A DNA stretch of 63,528 bases, filler included, from Nemertoderma westbladi (Eukaryota; Animalia; Xenacoelomorpha): NCBI GenBank assembly GCA_032718475.1. It is 3 parts of 3 records of this genome, joined end to end, with 100 filler letters (N's around TTAATTAATTAA, not from the genome) between each part and the next. Parts side by side here need not be neighbours in the genome. Positions count along the whole stretch, not along the records: positions 29,010 to 55,587 come from JAUCBJ010004799.1; positions 55,688 to 63,528 come from JAUCBJ010004031.1; 1 more part is not named here. One strand, written 5' to 3'. The notes beneath the pieces are model-generated. The model did no database searches, was not told the DNA's origin, and saw nothing but the letters and a program-made list of their open reading frames with translations. The position numbers and the translations under genes were made by a program. How positions within the stretch are numbered: position 1 is the stretch's first letter; each line of letters starts with the position of its first letter. This document shows positions 45,878 through 58,992 of this stretch, one piece after another.

Positions 45878-48269
45878 ACATATTGAGAAGGCTTTGTGGG
45901 GGTGTCATGGGGATATGTTGGATTGCTCTGGATGAGTTGAGTTGCTTACAGAAGCAAATATTGCTAATCATGGTGTAGCTGATTCTTTCCATAAAGTAGC
46001 ACATATTACAAGGACTCGAAAAGCTCCTCAAACAACATGTGCTGCATTGACATTATTGCAGATTGAAGCCTTTTCAGAATTCGAGAATACAAATCACATT
46101 GATAATTATTCATTTTCAGACTGGAGAGACTTAATGGCAACAGAGCATCCAACCTTTCAGTTCTACGACTTCATTTTGAGAATTCAGAGGCTAATTCTAG
46201 TATTTATTCGAGCTCATAGAGAGAAAAATTTCCAACTATTCATAAGTTGTTTAGAGACTCTAGTTGTTTACTTTTTTAGTTTAGACCATTACCACTACAG
46301 TCGATGGGTAAGTGTATTTCTGTTAGATATGAAGTCTCTCCCACAAACCATAATCGAAGTGTTTAATAAAGGAAATTGGGTTGCATCGAAGTCAAGTCGA
46401 CGTTTCTCAGCTATACCTCTCGACCAAGCTCATGAACAGGAAAATGAAAAAGTTAAAGGTAGTGGTGGTGTGATTGGTCTTACTGAGAATGAAGCAGGAT
46501 TTCGAAGGTGGCTCTTAGCCGGACCGGAACTTGCTAGATTGATTGGCAAATTCGAGACAACAATAGACTCAAGAAGAAATCTGTCACTCACAGATAAAAA
46601 AACACCATGAAGAAACGATAGCTTTCCAAAAGTCATTTCAAAATGATGTCAATAATCTGGTAATTACCATTAAGGAACACGGTAACCCATTTATTTCAAA
46701 ATCTGACAAACTCATATTGATACCACGTCAAGCATCTGCTCCTGACTCTGTAGTTAATACCATAAGTAAGATTGAAGAATGTGGCGCAAGATACAATATA
46801 CTAATTTTGTAACTGATGTTTTGGTTAATAATGTAAGGCCGTTCAAAGATGTCATTAAATCCAACTCGTTTCAAACTTTTAAATCGCCTAGAATATCTAA
46901 TGTAAAGAACAAACGCATGTCTGAGGTTCGATCCGACGCATCATTGTTTGGAAAACTCTTTATTGCAAATCAAACCCGAAAAGGAGATCCGTCTGTCTTC
47001 TTTGCTCATGAGAACCACCCTTATCCACCTTCACTTTCACAGTATGGTGACATCAATTATGAGACTAAATCTGACATATTAAAGGATTTTGATACAACAT
47101 ATAGTGTTGAATTCCCTGAGTATTTTCATGCTAAAGTCTTTGATGCACGTTTCATAGTTCATTGCCTTCGACCTATAGGATGTTCCACTATACAAGACTA
47201 TTTAACTAATAAAATAATACCTCATATAAAGCACGAATTGAACAATTCTGACAGGGTTGACTTTGTTTTTGACAGATACTGCCATGAAAGCTTGAAAATG
47301 GGTATCAGAAACTTACGAGGTAGTGGAAACCAAGCTAACATTAAGGATAAAACCAAAATTCCAGCAAATTCGATGGATTTCTTAAGGAACTCTAATAATA
47401 AAAACGAGTTGTTCAACTACTTATCCAAATCAATTATTCTAGAAAAATACCCAGAAGGGAAATATATTTACTCAACATTGGAAGAAGATGTGCTCTGTCA
47501 GGATAGTCGAGGCACCATTATGGGAAATTGCTCACACAAAGAAACTGACACCCGCATTATAGTACACATCCAGCATGCATTGTCAATGGGGGCTACAAAT
47601 ATCATTGTTCGCACGGGTGAAACAGACGTTTTAGTAATACTGATCGGAGTTCCCTTTTATTTATTATCCAATCATCCCAGACTGAACATATGGTTAGCAT
47701 TCGGTTCTGGAAAACATTTTAAATATTTCAATGTGAATAATATATCCCAAAAGTTAGGTGAGGACAAATCAAAGGGTTTATTGATGTTCCATGCCCTTAG
47801 TGGCAGTGACACCGTGTCCCACTTCAGAAATATTGGCAAAATAACTGCTTGGAAAACTTGGTTGGTAGAATTCAATGCGAATTCAAAGCGTTGGAAAAAT
47901 TTGTCATACGTATGTATGACAGAAAATCAAACAGAACGAGTATAAATAATACAAAACGGGATCTATTCACCAAACGCAACTGCGTGATTGATCGCTTGCC
48001 ACCAACTCAACACGCCCTTTACCAACATGTGATGCGGGCTACATATCAAGCCAGCGTTTGGGCAGTCTGCACACAGGACAAACCGATACTCCCTTCACCA
48101 GCAGATTTCGGTTGGGTATTTAATATGGAGTTCACTGCCAGACGCTGCAACGATGTGCTACAAAGTCATTAAATGTGCATGCAAAAAGCGCAATTGCACA
48201 AACTGCAAGTGTGGGAAGGCTGGGTTTAAATGCACTGAATTATGCACTTGCACTTGCTCTTGTTATTGA
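45878..48269 (+). pseudogene. Academ transposase C-terminal part, XPG-like nuclease and Cys-rich tail (frameshifted)
   Basis: HITRTR...FFSLDHYHYSRW...FSAIPLDQAHEQEN...GGVIGLT; CSHKETDTRIIVH, ETDVLVILI, FHALSGSDTVS, IGKITAWKTW; LPPTQHALYQHVMRATYQ; KCACKKRNCTNCKCGKAGFKCTELCTC. Confidence 0.88.
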
Positions 48270-49261
48270 TCACATGTGATTCGTATAATTAAAAGAATTG
48301 GAATAACTATAATACTAAATAATTTAAATTACAGCCTTGTGGCGGTGTATTTGATGTATAAACACATTATCCTCATAAAGCCAAAAGTGCAATATTTTTT
48401 AAATATAGATATCACCTTTTGTTTCTATGGAAACGTGCATTACAGCTCCAATATAACTACTAACCATCTTATATTGCTATAAATGCTGTTTATCTGCAGT
48501 TTCAATATTAATTACACTAAATTTCAGGCAGTTCCTAGGGAAAGGTCACCTTGTTGCTATGGACACATGTATCAGAGCCAATGTTATTACTAACAATCTT
48601 CTATTGCTAGACAGGTTGATTATCCCAAGTTTCAATCATAATTTCATTAAATATACAGCGGTTGCTAGGGAAAGGTCTCCTTGTTGCTATGGAAACGTGT
48701 ACAGACTTATATTATAAACTAACCCAGTTATATAATCGTAATTTTTGTTTATGGCGAGTTTCAATAACAGAAATGACAATTTTACCCGGTTGCTATGAAA
48801 AAGTCACCCTGTTGCTAGGGAAGTAGTCAATTTTTTTGGTACACAGGCTCAGATTAATCTACACATTTTTTTACATATATAGTCACATTTTCATGCTTTT
48901 GTCCGGCAATTAACGATTTTCACCTTAAGCGACCCCACTACGATGGTAGAATATAAACTCTATAATAATAGAAACTCTATAGAAACTATATACAACCTGT
49001 ATATATAAATTTAAATTAAGTTAAGAAAGTTAGGGAATATGACTGTAGGGTGTGAGATCAAGTTGTTTTAGTATAATAATATTTTAAAAATTCAAAAGAC
49101 AACTACAGTAATATGATCAATCACTAAAAATTTGATTTTTTATTATTAGCTTTCGATAGCTCTCTTAATATTTTTCAAATAAACGATATTCTAGATATAG
49201 AATATCGTTTATTTGAAAAAGATCGATGGGATAAGGGATCCGGTTTAGTGTATTTATAATA

Positions 49262-50105
49262 AACCATACACCCCTAATTTTATTATTTAATACCCCCCCC
49301 CCCCTAATTTTTTCAAATATTAATAAAATGGTACGAAATTTGGTATGATGATAGATCGACACCTTTTCTTACTGGTGGCCTGGCCGGATTTTTCAATTTC
49401 TTAGTTATTTCCATACAACAATCCCTTAAAAAATGTATATTTAGCAATGTTTAACCACCTCCGTAGACTTTATTTTACGTCGTTGAAATGTAATCTAGAT
49501 ATCATTCGAAGCGCCTTCGTCTGTAGATTCCGAATCTGAAAACCGTTTTAAATTTAACCTAAAATTGGTAAAAATATTATCAAAATACTAATGTGTAAAT
49601 TTTGAGACGTAAATCGCTATAATTCTGATTTTTTGTTGTCTTTATACTAGAATATTAATTATTATTTAGCTGAGCGTTTAAAACTCTCCATCTTGTTTTT
49701 TCATTACCCATAATTAATATTCTAGAATTGAGTAAAAAATAACATTAGAATTATAGCGATTTACGTCACAAAAATTTACACCTTAGTATTTTGATAATAT
49801 CTCCGGAAGTTCTTGGTGAAATTTACAACGGGTTTCATATTCGGAATCTCCAGATGAAGGCGGTTCTAATGATATCTAGATTTCATTCCAAAGACGAAAA
49901 ATAAAGCTGACGGAGATGGCTAAATATTGCAAAATGGAGTATTTTTAACGGCTTGTTGTATCGAAATAGCTCATAAATTAAAAAATCCGACCAGGCCACC
50001 AGTAAGAAAAGGTGTCGATCTATCATCATACCAAATTTCGTAGCATTTTATTGAAATACGGGCTCCGACCCCCTAAAAATGGTTGTTGTATTAAGGGTTA
50101 TGGTG
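49262..50105. mobile_element. Palindromic MITE (about 845 bp) flanked by TA
   Basis: Long inverted arms (e.g. 49325-49400 vs 49975-50050); absent at the homologous site near 33397 in unit 1. Confidence 0.8.
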
Positions 50106-50930
50106 TATTTGTAAGCATAAAATAATAAATAAATAAAATATTATTTTAAATATACCTACAGTAGATCGACCTCAGAAAAAATTCATATATTACTTTATCA
50201 CGAGCTTTCGATATAATATTTTTTCAAGTTTTTTTTATTTTTTTCTATAGTTAAATCGGTTCGCCTGAGAAATACGAAATAGGAAAGACGTATACAAACT
50301 TTCTAGAATTTTAAATTGTGCTTATATTGTTAATTTATTTAATTTATAAATAGTTGGTTTTCAACACTTGAAAAAGATATACATTATTATATCGAAAGAT
50401 AGTGATAAAGTAATATATTAATTTTTCTGAGGTCAATCTATGTTTAATCTCTGTCGAGAGAATTATTTAATCTATGTTTAATTAAAATAATATTTTATTT
50501 ATTTATTATTTTATGCTTACAAATATATATAAAGTGTCCTAAATAATATGACTCAACCTAGAGTTCAATGGGGTAGGTCTGGAGTTCATATGTGGCAAAC
50601 AAGATCTGACTCATCATCGAGTTTGTCTTATGTAGGAAGATATCAAGATCGTCGAGTTGGGGCTGATCATTCTCCCATAATTATGTAACGAGTTTCAATG
50701 GTAGACATTTACCAGTGTTTATACCTTTGAAACAACCGCCGAAAAGTTTCGAAAGACGATATTGAGTTTGTTTTCCTTCAATAAGAGTTTGTCTCTATAG
50801 TCTATTGAGGAGTCCGTATCGATGGTTCGATGTCATTCGGCTTTTCTAAGTGTTGACACGGATTCGCATGGCACCTATTGAGTCATATATAACGATTGTA
50901 CTTATTGAGTTATACAAATGATATAGAATC

Positions 50931-51260
50931 TATGACGATATACACATCAATTGTATTTATAATAAATAGTTTTTATTTGTTATCTGGCCATCAATTATTG
51001 TATTTCTCTAAAGTTACTTTTCTTACTACCGCTAAGTCTCCTAATAACTAATACTTAGTATTTTATTTCTCAACTCTGCTACAGTATATCTTCTAACATG
51101 CTTCTGTCTACTTTTATATTTATACTCGAATGAGACCACCCGAACTCAGACAGTTTTCCTACAAAGTAAACCGCCTGTCATGCAGTATACGATTCATGCA
51201 TATCAAATTAATCGACTGTGAAATGATTCTTATAAAGTTATATTAGATCGTGTCGTTACA
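50931..51260. mobile_element. Probable solo LTR, 330 bp, 4-bp TSD AATC
   Basis: TATGACGA...TCGTTACA (decayed TG...CA inverted ends); absent in unit 1 near 34210. Confidence 0.6.
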
Positions 51261-51465
51261 AATCGGTTTGTACATTACAGTAATTATAATTGCAATACAA
51301 AAATTTTCCATTCAATAACATTTTAGACTTCGATGAATGCATTTACTACACGACCAATGATTGCCATGCCAACAACGCAAACTGTAACAACACATTACAA
51401 TTATAATTATTATACAATTATATTAAATTAATTGACTAAATTTTTTGAAACTTCACATATTTTAG

Positions 51466-51588
51466 ACATCGACGAATGCCACGATAACACTGATAATTGT
51501 CATGAGAATGCCGACTGTACCAACACACCGGGTTCATTCGATTGTACCTGCCAAGTGGGATACACAGGAGCTGGGACGTCGTGTGTAG
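51466..51588 (+). CDS. Calcium-binding EGF-like domain exon, duplicate copy
   Basis: TTAG|123 nt|GTAAGT; [41 protein letters not shown]. Confidence 0.92.
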   Translation, partial: TSTNATITLIIVMRMPTVPTHRVHSIVPAKWDTQELGRRV

Positions 51589-52109
51589 GTAAGTACTGTA
51601 CAGTATAATGGGGAATTAATTTGTTTTAAAGGACAAAAACATATCAATAGACTTCACATTATCAATAGTAAATATACCGATTTTAACATTTACTACCAGA
51701 TTTGGTTATATTTTATCTTATACAAATCCTTCCCGATTTCACGAACTTATTAATTTTAATCAAAATTAATTAATTATAACTTATTAATCCCGAACGTAAT
51801 TTACCTTATAGGTTTGGAACCCCTAAAGGGACATTGCGAAATATATTTTTCATAGAGCGTACTAGAAAATTATCTGGAGAACTCTAATTATTTTTTATTT
51901 GATCGGTGGACTCATTTGGAGGGAATACCAGGAAATGCTTTAACGTGGTATCGGTACGATAATATAATCTGGTACTTATTCTAATTCATTTAATATTTAT
52001 CATTATAAAACTAAAGCCTAAAATCCATTGAGTAACCGTTTTTTTTTATATTCGCAATGCCTATAGAAAATACTTCAACGTAAATGGTTCACAGAAAGAA
52101 CAACTTTAA

Positions 52110-54174
52110 CCCTATCCATATCGGGGGGGGGGGGGGGGGACTTTTGGAGACGCACTTTATTTGATTGCTTGTTTCAAAGCCAAACCACATTTATTGCAAG
52201 TGAAATTCCGTTACTTTTCCTAAAATTTATTATTCTTTATCTTAAAACAAAAATTAATTTTCATATTATTATTTATGACCATGAAAATGACACGTAAACT
52301 GACCTGTCTCTGAAACTGTCATATTATTGCTGAACTATTGTAGGAGGGAAATTTAAAATTCAATCAATTTAATATCAATTTAAAATCAATTTAACCCTAT
52401 TAGTACCGGGCTATAAAATGTTGTACAAATACCGGGGGGGGGGGGTCATATTGACCCCCCCCTCTAAAATCTACAAATATTTACGAAAACGTCTGATTTT
52501 TTGTTTGTACGTAGGTATCACTTGTCTGGATCCGACCGAAAAAAAAATTTCAAAAAAATATACTGGGGTGGTTATATTGCAGCACCAACATTACAAGTAG
52601 TGCAAAATTTTCACCAAATTTGAAAGTTACATTTTCGGCTAATTATTTTTCAATACAGGTTTTCTGGGGTGCAAAATACATTGGAAAATATTTAAAAATG
52701 ATATGATTACTATAAATGGCTGTTTAGTCCTCTCTGCGTAGGAAAAAAATGAAAAAAACAAGTAACCAGCACTTTTCAGTTAGAACACAAAATTTTTAAT
52801 TCACTTATACGATGCTATAAATTCACATTTTCAGGTTTTCGAGGGCGCTGATTCTAATGGAATACATTTATAATATGCCAGATCATTGCTACTTGTATTC
52901 TTCGGCGTAATTTGGCAAATTTTGGTGCTAGCACCACATTTCGTACCCATCACCAAAAAGTACAAGTTTGCGATGTCCAGTGCTGTTTTTATTGATTCCA
53001 TCGGATTCAGGACCCTCATAAACTCGTATAACGCAAGAAACAAGGTGATACTATCTACTTATCAATTTGCATATTTTCCAACATTTGGTGCTGGCACAAC
53101 AATTTTCACCCACCGGCGAAAAGTACAAGTTTGAGAACTCTTATGAAATTTTTACTGATTCCATTGAATTCAGAACCATCACAAACCCGTATAACGCAAG
53201 AAACAAGGTGACACAATCAATTGATATATTTGATGGTTTTCAAAATTTGGTGCTAGCACCACATTTTGCACTCACATCCGAAAAATGCAAGTTTGAGATG
53301 TCTAGTTCGATAATTATATTTTCCATTGAATTCAGAACAGCCATAAACCTCTAAAACGCAAGAAATAAATTGTCACAAGCAATTTTATCTATTGAATGGT
53401 TTTTCAAAATTTCGTGCTAGCACCAAAATTTGCACACAGCACCGAAAAATACAAGTTTGATACGCTTGGTGCAACTCGTATATATTTCATCGAATCCAGA
53501 AACCCAAAAAACCCCAATTACGTAAAAAACAAGTTTCAAACGATAAATTTACAAAATTGACTTATTTCAAAATTTGGTGCTGGCACCAAAATTTGGCACC
53601 CACCGAAAAAAACAAGTTTGAAATTTCTAAATCAATTTATATAAATTCCATCCAATTTCTAACACCAAAAAACCGGTGTAGATCCAAAATAGAGATGTTA
53701 CAATTCATATTTATTGAAATGTAATTTTCAAAAAACGTCTCAAAAAAAGTGCCAAAAGTAGGGTTGAAAAATGGTGCTATAACTCGAAAAGTACCCAATA
53801 TTTTTGAAAACGGTTTTCACTACTAGGAAGACAATAGATTTTTAGGAAAAGTCATAAAATTTCAGATTCCCAACTGCGTTTGTTTCAGAATTATAATAAA
53901 AAATCCACGGGGGGGGGGGGTCATATTGAACCCCCCCCCGGGTTTAATAGGGTTAAACATAATTATAGTATATAAACATTATATTTGAGCATTAGTGTGT
54001 GGCATATTTGAATAGAGGAATAAATTTAGTATCTAAAACTTTTTACTTTAAAGTAATATCATCACACCACACAAAATTATATGCTTCCAAACTTTACGTC
54101 CCCAAAAGTCCCCACCCCCCCCCCCCCCCCCCCCCGGTAGTTTGAGCGTCTAAGGTACCCCGGTATGGATAGGG
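52110..54174. mobile_element. Second piggyBac-like MITE family (about 500 bp) hosting a nested element
   Basis: TTAA|CCCTATCCATATCGGGG...CCCCGGTATGGATAGGG|TTAA. Confidence 0.85.
52395..53952. mobile_element. Non-autonomous piggyBac-like element, copy 2 (uninterrupted, 1558 bp)
   Basis: TTAA TSD, CCCTATTA/TAATAGGG ends, homologous to 2102-4778. Confidence 0.88.
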
Positions 54175-54367
54175 TTAAAGAACAACATTTTAGTCTGCAC
54201 CAAACATTTTACCACCACCAGAACTCTACCACCACCAGAAGACTATTTATTATGTTACTTAGCAACGGAGTGTATATCTGAAAAATTTAAAACAATGGGA
54301 AATTAAAAAAAACTAAAATAGTTGGTAGGCCTAAACACCGACACAACGGCTCGTGGCGGCTAATCTG

Positions 54368-54720
54368 TTACGCCACCCAACTACCTGGCAACCCTGCACC
54401 ATCCTCAAAGACTTGGCCGCTTCTCCACTTCACCCTGGAGCCACGTAGGCAGTGGGAGGCCCCGCGAATTATCGCAAACTGAATCCTTGTATGGAACCAG
54501 CCCATCGACATGCTAACAGGACGTACCCATGACCTGTGCAGTTGGTCTGCAACCACTCGGAGGAGGTGGTTCGCCTGCGGCTAACAACGCCTGAGTCTGT
54601 GGGTTTAATGCACCCCGAATACCAATGTCACACCGAAGACCTGCAGCCCCATCTACCCCCTGGCCATCCCGAACTACCGGCTCGCAGACGATGTTACGCG
54701 GCACGAACTGTGAGCGTATT
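54368..54720 (-). pseudogene. CRE-clade non-LTR retrotransposon fragment (restriction-like endonuclease region, internally deleted)
   Basis: EPVVRDG...GLRCDIGIRG...QALL; WFHTRIQFAIIRGASHCLRGSRVKWRS...DGAGL. Confidence 0.75.
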
Positions 54721-54897
54721 CAATTCCGCCACATCAAGCCCCATAAAGTGTGGTTTAAGCAATATTGGAACTACAAGGTTGATTACCAATCAACCTTGTA
54801 TCACCCCAATAAGTGGGGCAACAATAGGCCCCAAGAGGACATACACACAATGGGGGGTCAGAGGTTACACCCCTGAGAGAGAGGAAAGTAACAGCAG

Positions 54898-54937
<40 letters not shown>

Positions 54938-55587
54938 AACACCCCCGCAGGGCAGAGGGTGTGAAGTAGGTTACTAGCCAATGGGGGGCAGGCATCGGCT
55001 GAGTAGTGTAATGCGGCCAACCGTGCAATATATATTACCGGTCGGTGCCCATAACATTCAGTTTACTCAGTAGGTTACCCAGTACAGTCACGGCAGTACG
55101 GTGACAGTTAAGACCGTCACCGCCATCACCACCACTACCGGTATCTATACAGCAGTATTCAGTCTTTACATCTATTTCTCCGTGCTATTATATTATACCA
55201 GTCATCGGTTAACAATATCAGAACAACAGCAACAAACTCTTTTCCAACCACACGGTGCGGCCTGACGCGTACGAAAACGACACCGGATAAACCGGGATCC
55301 TCTCGGATCCCGTCACAGTCTTAACTTCTAAGAGCTGCCGAACTGTCTGAGTTGTGAATCTTTGGCACAGTCTTAACTCACGTCTTGTTAGTCTTAACTA
55401 ACAAGAGTCTTAACTTCTAAGACCTGCCGAACTGTAACTGCTAACAACAGGGGGAGTAAAGATGAGTCAAGGGAGAGAGACGACACTGCCGCGGACCCCG
55501 GACGACAACCTAACGATCCACGAGGCCACGGCGAGACGGTATCGACCCACGATGCCGGATCCGTCGACTACTTACGATCCGGCAATC

Positions 55588-55687
55588 NNNNNNNNNNNNN
55601 NNNNNNNNNNNNNNNNNNNNNNNNNNNNNNNTTAATTAATTAANNNNNNNNNNNNNNNNNNNNNNNNNNNNNNNNNNNNNNNNNNNN
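55588..55687. other. Assembly gap with TTAATTAATTAA linker
   Basis: Same structure as 28910-29009. Confidence 0.97.
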
Positions 55688-55960
55688 TCGTTTACCCCCC
55701 TGGTCGGAACGACAGACGGTGTCTGGTGCCGAGAGGCCCAGATACTGTTAAAACACATCGCCGAGGCTCTCGTTTCTAAACACCAAGGGATGAGGGAAAG
55801 GGGCCTCGCGTGTGTTTTGGGGGGTGTCCTGCGGCGCCTTCAATTCGCCCTCCTCCGGTCCAGTTCCCTCTGCCTCCGTGGCGGACGACGATCATGGCGC
55901 GGTTTGGGGTTCGGGGATGGTGCGGGTCTGCGAGGTCACGACATCCCCGCGCAGTATTGA
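55688..55960 (+). CDS. CRE-clade retrotransposon ORF C-terminus (element probably spans the gap; possible ATG at 55462; AT-rich tail near 56040)
   Basis: Manual translation SFTPLVGTTDGVWCREAQILLKHIAEAL...RRLQFALLRSSSLCLRGGRRSWRGLGFGDGAGLRGHDIPAQY*. Confidence 0.8.
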   Translation, partial: SFTPLVGTTDGVWCREAQILLKHIAEALVSKHQGMRERGLACVLGGVLRRLQFALLRSSSLCLRGGRRSWRGLGFGDGAGLRGHDIPAQY

Positions 55961-57399
55961 CCGGCTGCTTCGGCACTTCATCAATAGCTCATCGGCTCAT
56001 AAGTTCAACAAACAACTGGACGCGCTCTACACAACTGTATAAATAAATAAATATTACCATTACTCTATAAATATTAACAAAACATCAATTTGCAATATTT
56101 ATTGTTAACTATTATTGGTATTGGCATTGCAATAATATTAAATATATATATTATACAGTATAAAAACAAATTAAAGTTTATTAATTAATTTAATTAATTA
56201 ATTATCATATTTTTAATTAAAAATGGCTAATTAGAAAAAATGGTAATATTTATCAAAATTCCATAAGATAACTTTTAAAGAGCTTCCAAAGCTCGTTCGA
56301 ATGAGCCATAAACGAAGAAATTTGGTTGAAAAATGACGGAGGAGTAGTTATTTGAAAATGAAAAATGTCATTCCGAGAAAATGGCCTTCAAATTTTAAAC
56401 CGTCCCGCCAAAATTGGCTGTCTGTGTTCTGGTTGGTTAATTATTTCTGGCACGAAGGTTGCACACCAACGAGCTAAAATGTTCATTACTGGGGTTTTCG
56501 GGGTCGCTGATTTCATTTCCGATGTCAGTTTTAATTATTGGTGGAATCTAGTCTATCTGTCTGTCTGTCGGTCTTCTGTCTTTCTTACAATTTGACGGAC
56601 ATACCGTCATACGGAAAAACAGTGATAACTCGAGAACTGAAAGAGGTCTCACTAAGCGGTTTTCAGATTTGTAATCCTCATTAAATTCTGCACTAGATGA
56701 AATAAAGAAACAACAATTTGAACATTTTACCTGAGGGGGGGTAGTAGAATCGAGCGCATAGCCTTTCTTATCTGTTTTGCAATAACATCAATGTTTAAGT
56801 AGAAGATAGACTTGCTGCTCCATAGATAATAGTAAAGAGTAATCTCAAACACGCGACATCTCAAACACAGGAGCAGTGGAAATCGAGTGTCCCTGAACGG
56901 TGAACCCACTCCACCCCCATGATACACTTCAGAGTGCATGGTAGTGTTTAAATGGGATCCCGATCCAGAAAAACCGGGATCCCGGCCCCAATCCCGATCC
57001 CGAAGTATAAATAGTGAAGTAAATTTGTTGAATATCTGATAAATAGTTCCAGCAGAACGGAAATGTTTTGATTATATTGAATTTATTTATATGTCAGTAA
57101 ACCACCCAGTATTCAATTGCAAATAATTTTACAATAACTTTATTTTACTAATATTTCAGAAGTGTAAGATAAAGTTATTGTTACCCAAAACCCGCAACAT
57201 ATACTAATAACATCAAGGAATTTAATCCAAAATTGCAATCCCGATCCCGAATAACGGGACCCCATGCGGCCCATCTTCGAGGAAACTTGGAACAGACTCC
57301 ACTTCTCATCCTCCCAGGTGAAGTCGCCGGTCTCCTTGACTCCTTGAACTCCAGTGTAGCAGGTTATTGGTTAGACGCAGTCCCAACCCCGTCCCTAGT

Positions 57400-57862
57400 T
57401 AGTCCATGCTGGGCTCTAACTGCTGAGGACACCAAATCTCTGGATGGCACATTCACAAGAATGCTACTCCGGGTTCATTGTGTCAAGTACAATGCACACA
57501 TCTCCAACCAGACACTATATAACATTGGAGGTGTCTCATTGGTTCCCCCAAGCTTGACGCTAGAACAAAATCGCCTCCGCTTTGCAGGACATTGCTTTTG
57601 CCGTGAGGACCAGCCAGTGCATAATCTTGTACTTTGGCAGCCTCATGGAGTGAATAAGCATGGTGGACAGCCCATGACTTTCTTGAGACGCATCTTAAAG
57701 GACACTGGTCTTGAAGATGCGGATGATCTAGCAAATGTCCTGGGTGATAGGGAGCTGTGGCGGCGCAATTTCGTCGACAAGCCGGCGCAGCATTCTTAAT
57801 ATATTTGTAATATATATATAATGCAGCTGCAATGCAGCATGCCGATCGTAGTAGTAGTAGTA
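57400..57862 (+). mobile_element. RTE-clade LINE 3' fragment with (TAG)n tail
   Basis: Near-identical to 60145-60582. Confidence 0.88.
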
Positions 57863-58347
57863 TTTGACTTTGTATTTGACTTTGTATTTGACTTGGTATT
57901 TTCGGTTTACCGACAGCAGGACCCCAGGTAGAGCCCAGAGAGATTGTGATAGAAGGGGAGGGGGGGGGGGGGGGGGGGGGGTGTGGGGTAGATATGAGAT
58001 GCGCACAAGAATCATTGTAGTATTTCGAACTCTGTAGACAAGATTATTCCTTTTTGTTAGTTTTAGTATATCATGCAAGATAGGAAGACCATTTTACTTC
58101 AAATTGTCAGTAAAACTTTGTTTTTCTATAAGTTACTGTAGTATACACACACACGCATATTAATTGGGGTGTGTGTATGAGTTAATCGGTTTAGTTGCTT
58201 GAATAACTATCCTGTGCGTCTGTATGTGTGAGTTGGGTGTGTATGGCTTCTGTCGGAGGGTCCGCTAGTCCGTGGGACTCACTTTGTAACATTATCATGC
58301 GCAATCAAACAACGCGGTCGCTCTTACCATCTTATTATTTATTTCAG

Positions 58348-58884
58348 GTGTCTCAGGTGATCACAGATGTTCAGGAAGCAGCCAAGGCAGCCCATCTTAA
58401 AGCCGATATATCAACTCTACATTCAACCTCGAGCCATAAGTTCCCTGTTATCTTCCGCGGAAAGATAACTACCCCCAATAAGAACGCCTCTTTGGCTCTT
58501 GTTGATAACGCTCTCAATCAGCTCAACCAACTCAATATCTCAGATAACTCTGATTCACAGACTGACTGTGGAGGGATCAGTGAACCTCTGGATCCTAGTA
58601 ACCATGGTAACATTGACTATTTGTCCAGGAATAGTGTGTATAATAGACTACCCCACAACGCACCTTTCCCTGAGTCTAATATGTTTATGACTGAACTCCC
58701 TGTATGTAATAGTCAGGTAGAGGAGTCGTTACCTAGCAACCCTCTGGATATAGAGTCAACGGATTACCGTAATCGCAATTTATTCTTCCACGTAGGAAGC
58801 AACACCATAGCCCTCACCGATTCAAGCACAAGTGGTCATGTGCTTATGATAAAGAAATTTAAGGACATCTCTTTCTGCTCTCAG
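58348..58884 (+). CDS. TBC1D1: TBC1D1/TBC1D4 (AS160/pollux)-like RabGAP, PTB-region exon
   Basis: TTTCAG|537 nt|GTCAGT; VSQVITDVQEA...FPVIFRGKIT...NRNLFFHVG...KKFKDISFCSQ. May be a single co-ortholog of TBC1D1 and TBC1D4. Confidence 0.85.
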
Positions 58885-58992
58885 GTCAGTGAATTTGGTC
58901 TCTCATCAGACTCCCATTCAGTTACACGCATAGATACAGACCTACATATGTTTTTTTCATTTTTTCCTGCATAATGTTTGTTTATTTTTCAG

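Larger units (their letters stand above)
37394..48940 (+). mobile_element. Academ (AcademX-type) DNA transposon, defective
   Basis: TAGTGGGGTCGCTTAAGG...CCTTAAGCGACCCCACTA, TIRs of about 430 bp, 3-bp TSD CGA; empty site at about 33076-33084 in unit 1. Confidence 0.9.

Noticed and set aside
54899-54936. Long poly-G run and poly-Gly ORF (54536-54964)
   Set aside because: Homopolymer of uncertain length; the ORF is antisense to the CRE fragment and has no motif.
56160-57270. Repeat-like segments resembling MITE or Helitron fragments (also 60960-61060)
   Set aside because: Termini and TSDs could not be established, so no call was made.
57233-57799. 188-aa ORF as a novel fusion protein
   Set aside because: Accidental read-through from a repeat end into an RTE 3' fragment.
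58228-58974. 248-aa ORF as a complete gene
   Set aside because: Only 58348-58884 is bounded by splice sites; the rest is intron read-through.
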